From Wallemia ichthyophaga EXF-994 (Eukaryota; Fungi; Basidiomycota), in NCBI RefSeq assembly GCF_000400465.1, contig NW_008806283.1:20001-82000 (forward strand): a DNA stretch of 62,000 bases, written 5' to 3'. The position numbers were made by a program, and so were the translations under genes. This document shows positions 60,701 through 62,000 of the stretch, piece by piece. Within the stretch, counting starts at the first letter, position 1. Each line of letters opens with the position of its first letter. The notes beneath the pieces are model-generated. The model worked only from the letters and a program-made list of their open reading frames with translations. It was not told where the DNA came from and searched no databases.

Positions 60701-62000
60701 TGGCGTGAGTGAGAGTGACTGTGCAAGTGAGGATGATGGTGCTGAAGGAATGCCTCACCCTCGATAAATGGCGCTCTAATTGCATTAGCTGTTTGTCTGT
60801 AGTATCTTTTTGGCCTTTCGATGGAAAAGTCACTATCAATCAAGAAGACGTCATAAACACTTATTGAATGGGCATCCTCGACGCATACCAAGTAGTCGTC
60901 TCTGACAATCCACCACTTTGGTTCACGCAACTTCTTAATGCTTATCGCCGAAACAATCGATGGTTGTGCAGAGAGTCTACCGCAGTTATTTGACATGATG
61001 CGCAGGTAACCGGCTTTACCTTGACTACCGCCATTCTGGATCAAGCAGACTGTAAGTGCTGAGAACTCAAAGAATCTACAAATGCGGTTGGCGGAGGATG
61101 AGAACATTGTGGCACGGATAAGGTCAATGAGGTAGTTTTGTAATGAATCTCTTTGCATTCTAGCGAAATCCGACTTGGAGAGTTCTTTACCTTTGAGTCT
61201 GCCCTCCCTTTTGAGTAAGTTAAAGTAGGGTAAGCTTGTTTTTGGGAATTCTGGTAAGCCATCCATCGCTCTTCTGACTGAGGCGACGCGGAAGTGGGTA
61301 TGTAGACTAACAAAGTCACGTAGTTCGCGATAAATGGTCCATCTTAGGTTGGAATCACCGTACTGACACTGATAAAGGATGTGAGATGTGTAAATAGGGT
61401 AATTCTTCAAATTAGCGCACCTCAATTCTAAACATAGCGTGAGTGTTGGAGAGTGGATGAACACTATCGCTGACTCTAATTTTTAAGTGATGGAGAAATA
61501 CAGGTATACGTGGAGAGTGATGCTCATCGCGATCGAGAGCCATTTTGAGCATCACAGCGGGTAACATACCATACATGCACTCAGTGACCAAGTCAACTTC
61601 AGCGCCAGTACGTGGTTGTATAGATTTATGACCAATGATCTTTGATTTGATAGCAGCCCAACGGTGCTTACCAGATTTATCATTCTTGTCGTTGTAAGAA
61701 GACCTCCTTGATATCTGGGTGGTAGCATTCTGAAGGCGTGGATAATCTGAGCTGTTTTCCTTCTTTTTCTGGACAGTGTCATCCTGAGACATTGACCTAA
61801 CTTGTGCTTTGTTTTTTTTCTTTTTTGCGGGTTTTGGGGAGGGATCTTCATCCTCCCACTCGCTGGAAGACTCTAAACCGATAGAGGAAGAGCGTGACTG
61901 CTGTGCTGAGTAAACGCCTTTCATTTCATTCTGATTTGGAGCGAACTTTTTAGCGAAAGGGTCGTCTTCTTTACCCGCGAGAGAAGTGGGAGTATCAGGC
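57757..62000 (-). CDS. SPO14: Phospholipase D1 (PX-PH-HKD2), 5' end outside the window
   Basis: PX (WTIYRELRDFVSLH), PH (PKWWIVRDDYL), HKD1 SHHEKLCVVD, HKD2 YIHAKTMTVDD, IGSANINERS; several introns; stop 57757. Confidence 0.93.

Overview
Gene-dense fungal genomic DNA with spliceosomal introns of about 41-57 nt (one of 75 nt), very short intergenic gaps and basidiomycete-type proteins. The compact architecture suggests a Wallemia-like genome; this is inference, not a database result. About 30 conventional genes are present: AFG1, REX4, SRP40, ERG1, CAP2, TIM13, a myosin-motor chitin synthase, RPL20, RPL18, SNRNP40, TRA2, BOI1-like, L-arabinitol dehydrogenase, CLASP-like, SPC105/KNL1, a LisH factor, a subtilisin, an arrestin-like adaptor, CDC42, CBP4, a UPF0303 protein and PLD1. 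There are two accessory islands. The 13.0-20.7 kb island holds two gag-like relics, a DUF2235 hydrolase lacking its catalytic His, a broken SDR and a frameshifted GH78 rhamnosidase. The 33.8-44.9 kb island holds the main finding: a tandem family of about 8 tiny two-exon secreted-peptide precursor genes, almost all missed by the ORF track. Each has a 21-22 codon signal-peptide exon and a phase-0 intron; three also carry Lys-Arg (Kex2-type) sites and a shared KRE...QAGL-stop tail, and two of those have several KR-delimited amphipathic repeats. Members range from intact to relic, with a 107-bp tract identical between two copies. Other highlights: a hidden 107-aa WW-domain gene 13 bp behind a PY-motif arrestin, start codons split by introns (CAP2, RPL18), and a UPF0303 protein with an inserted winged-helix-like segment. 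I found no tRNA, rRNA or CRISPR array by eye.
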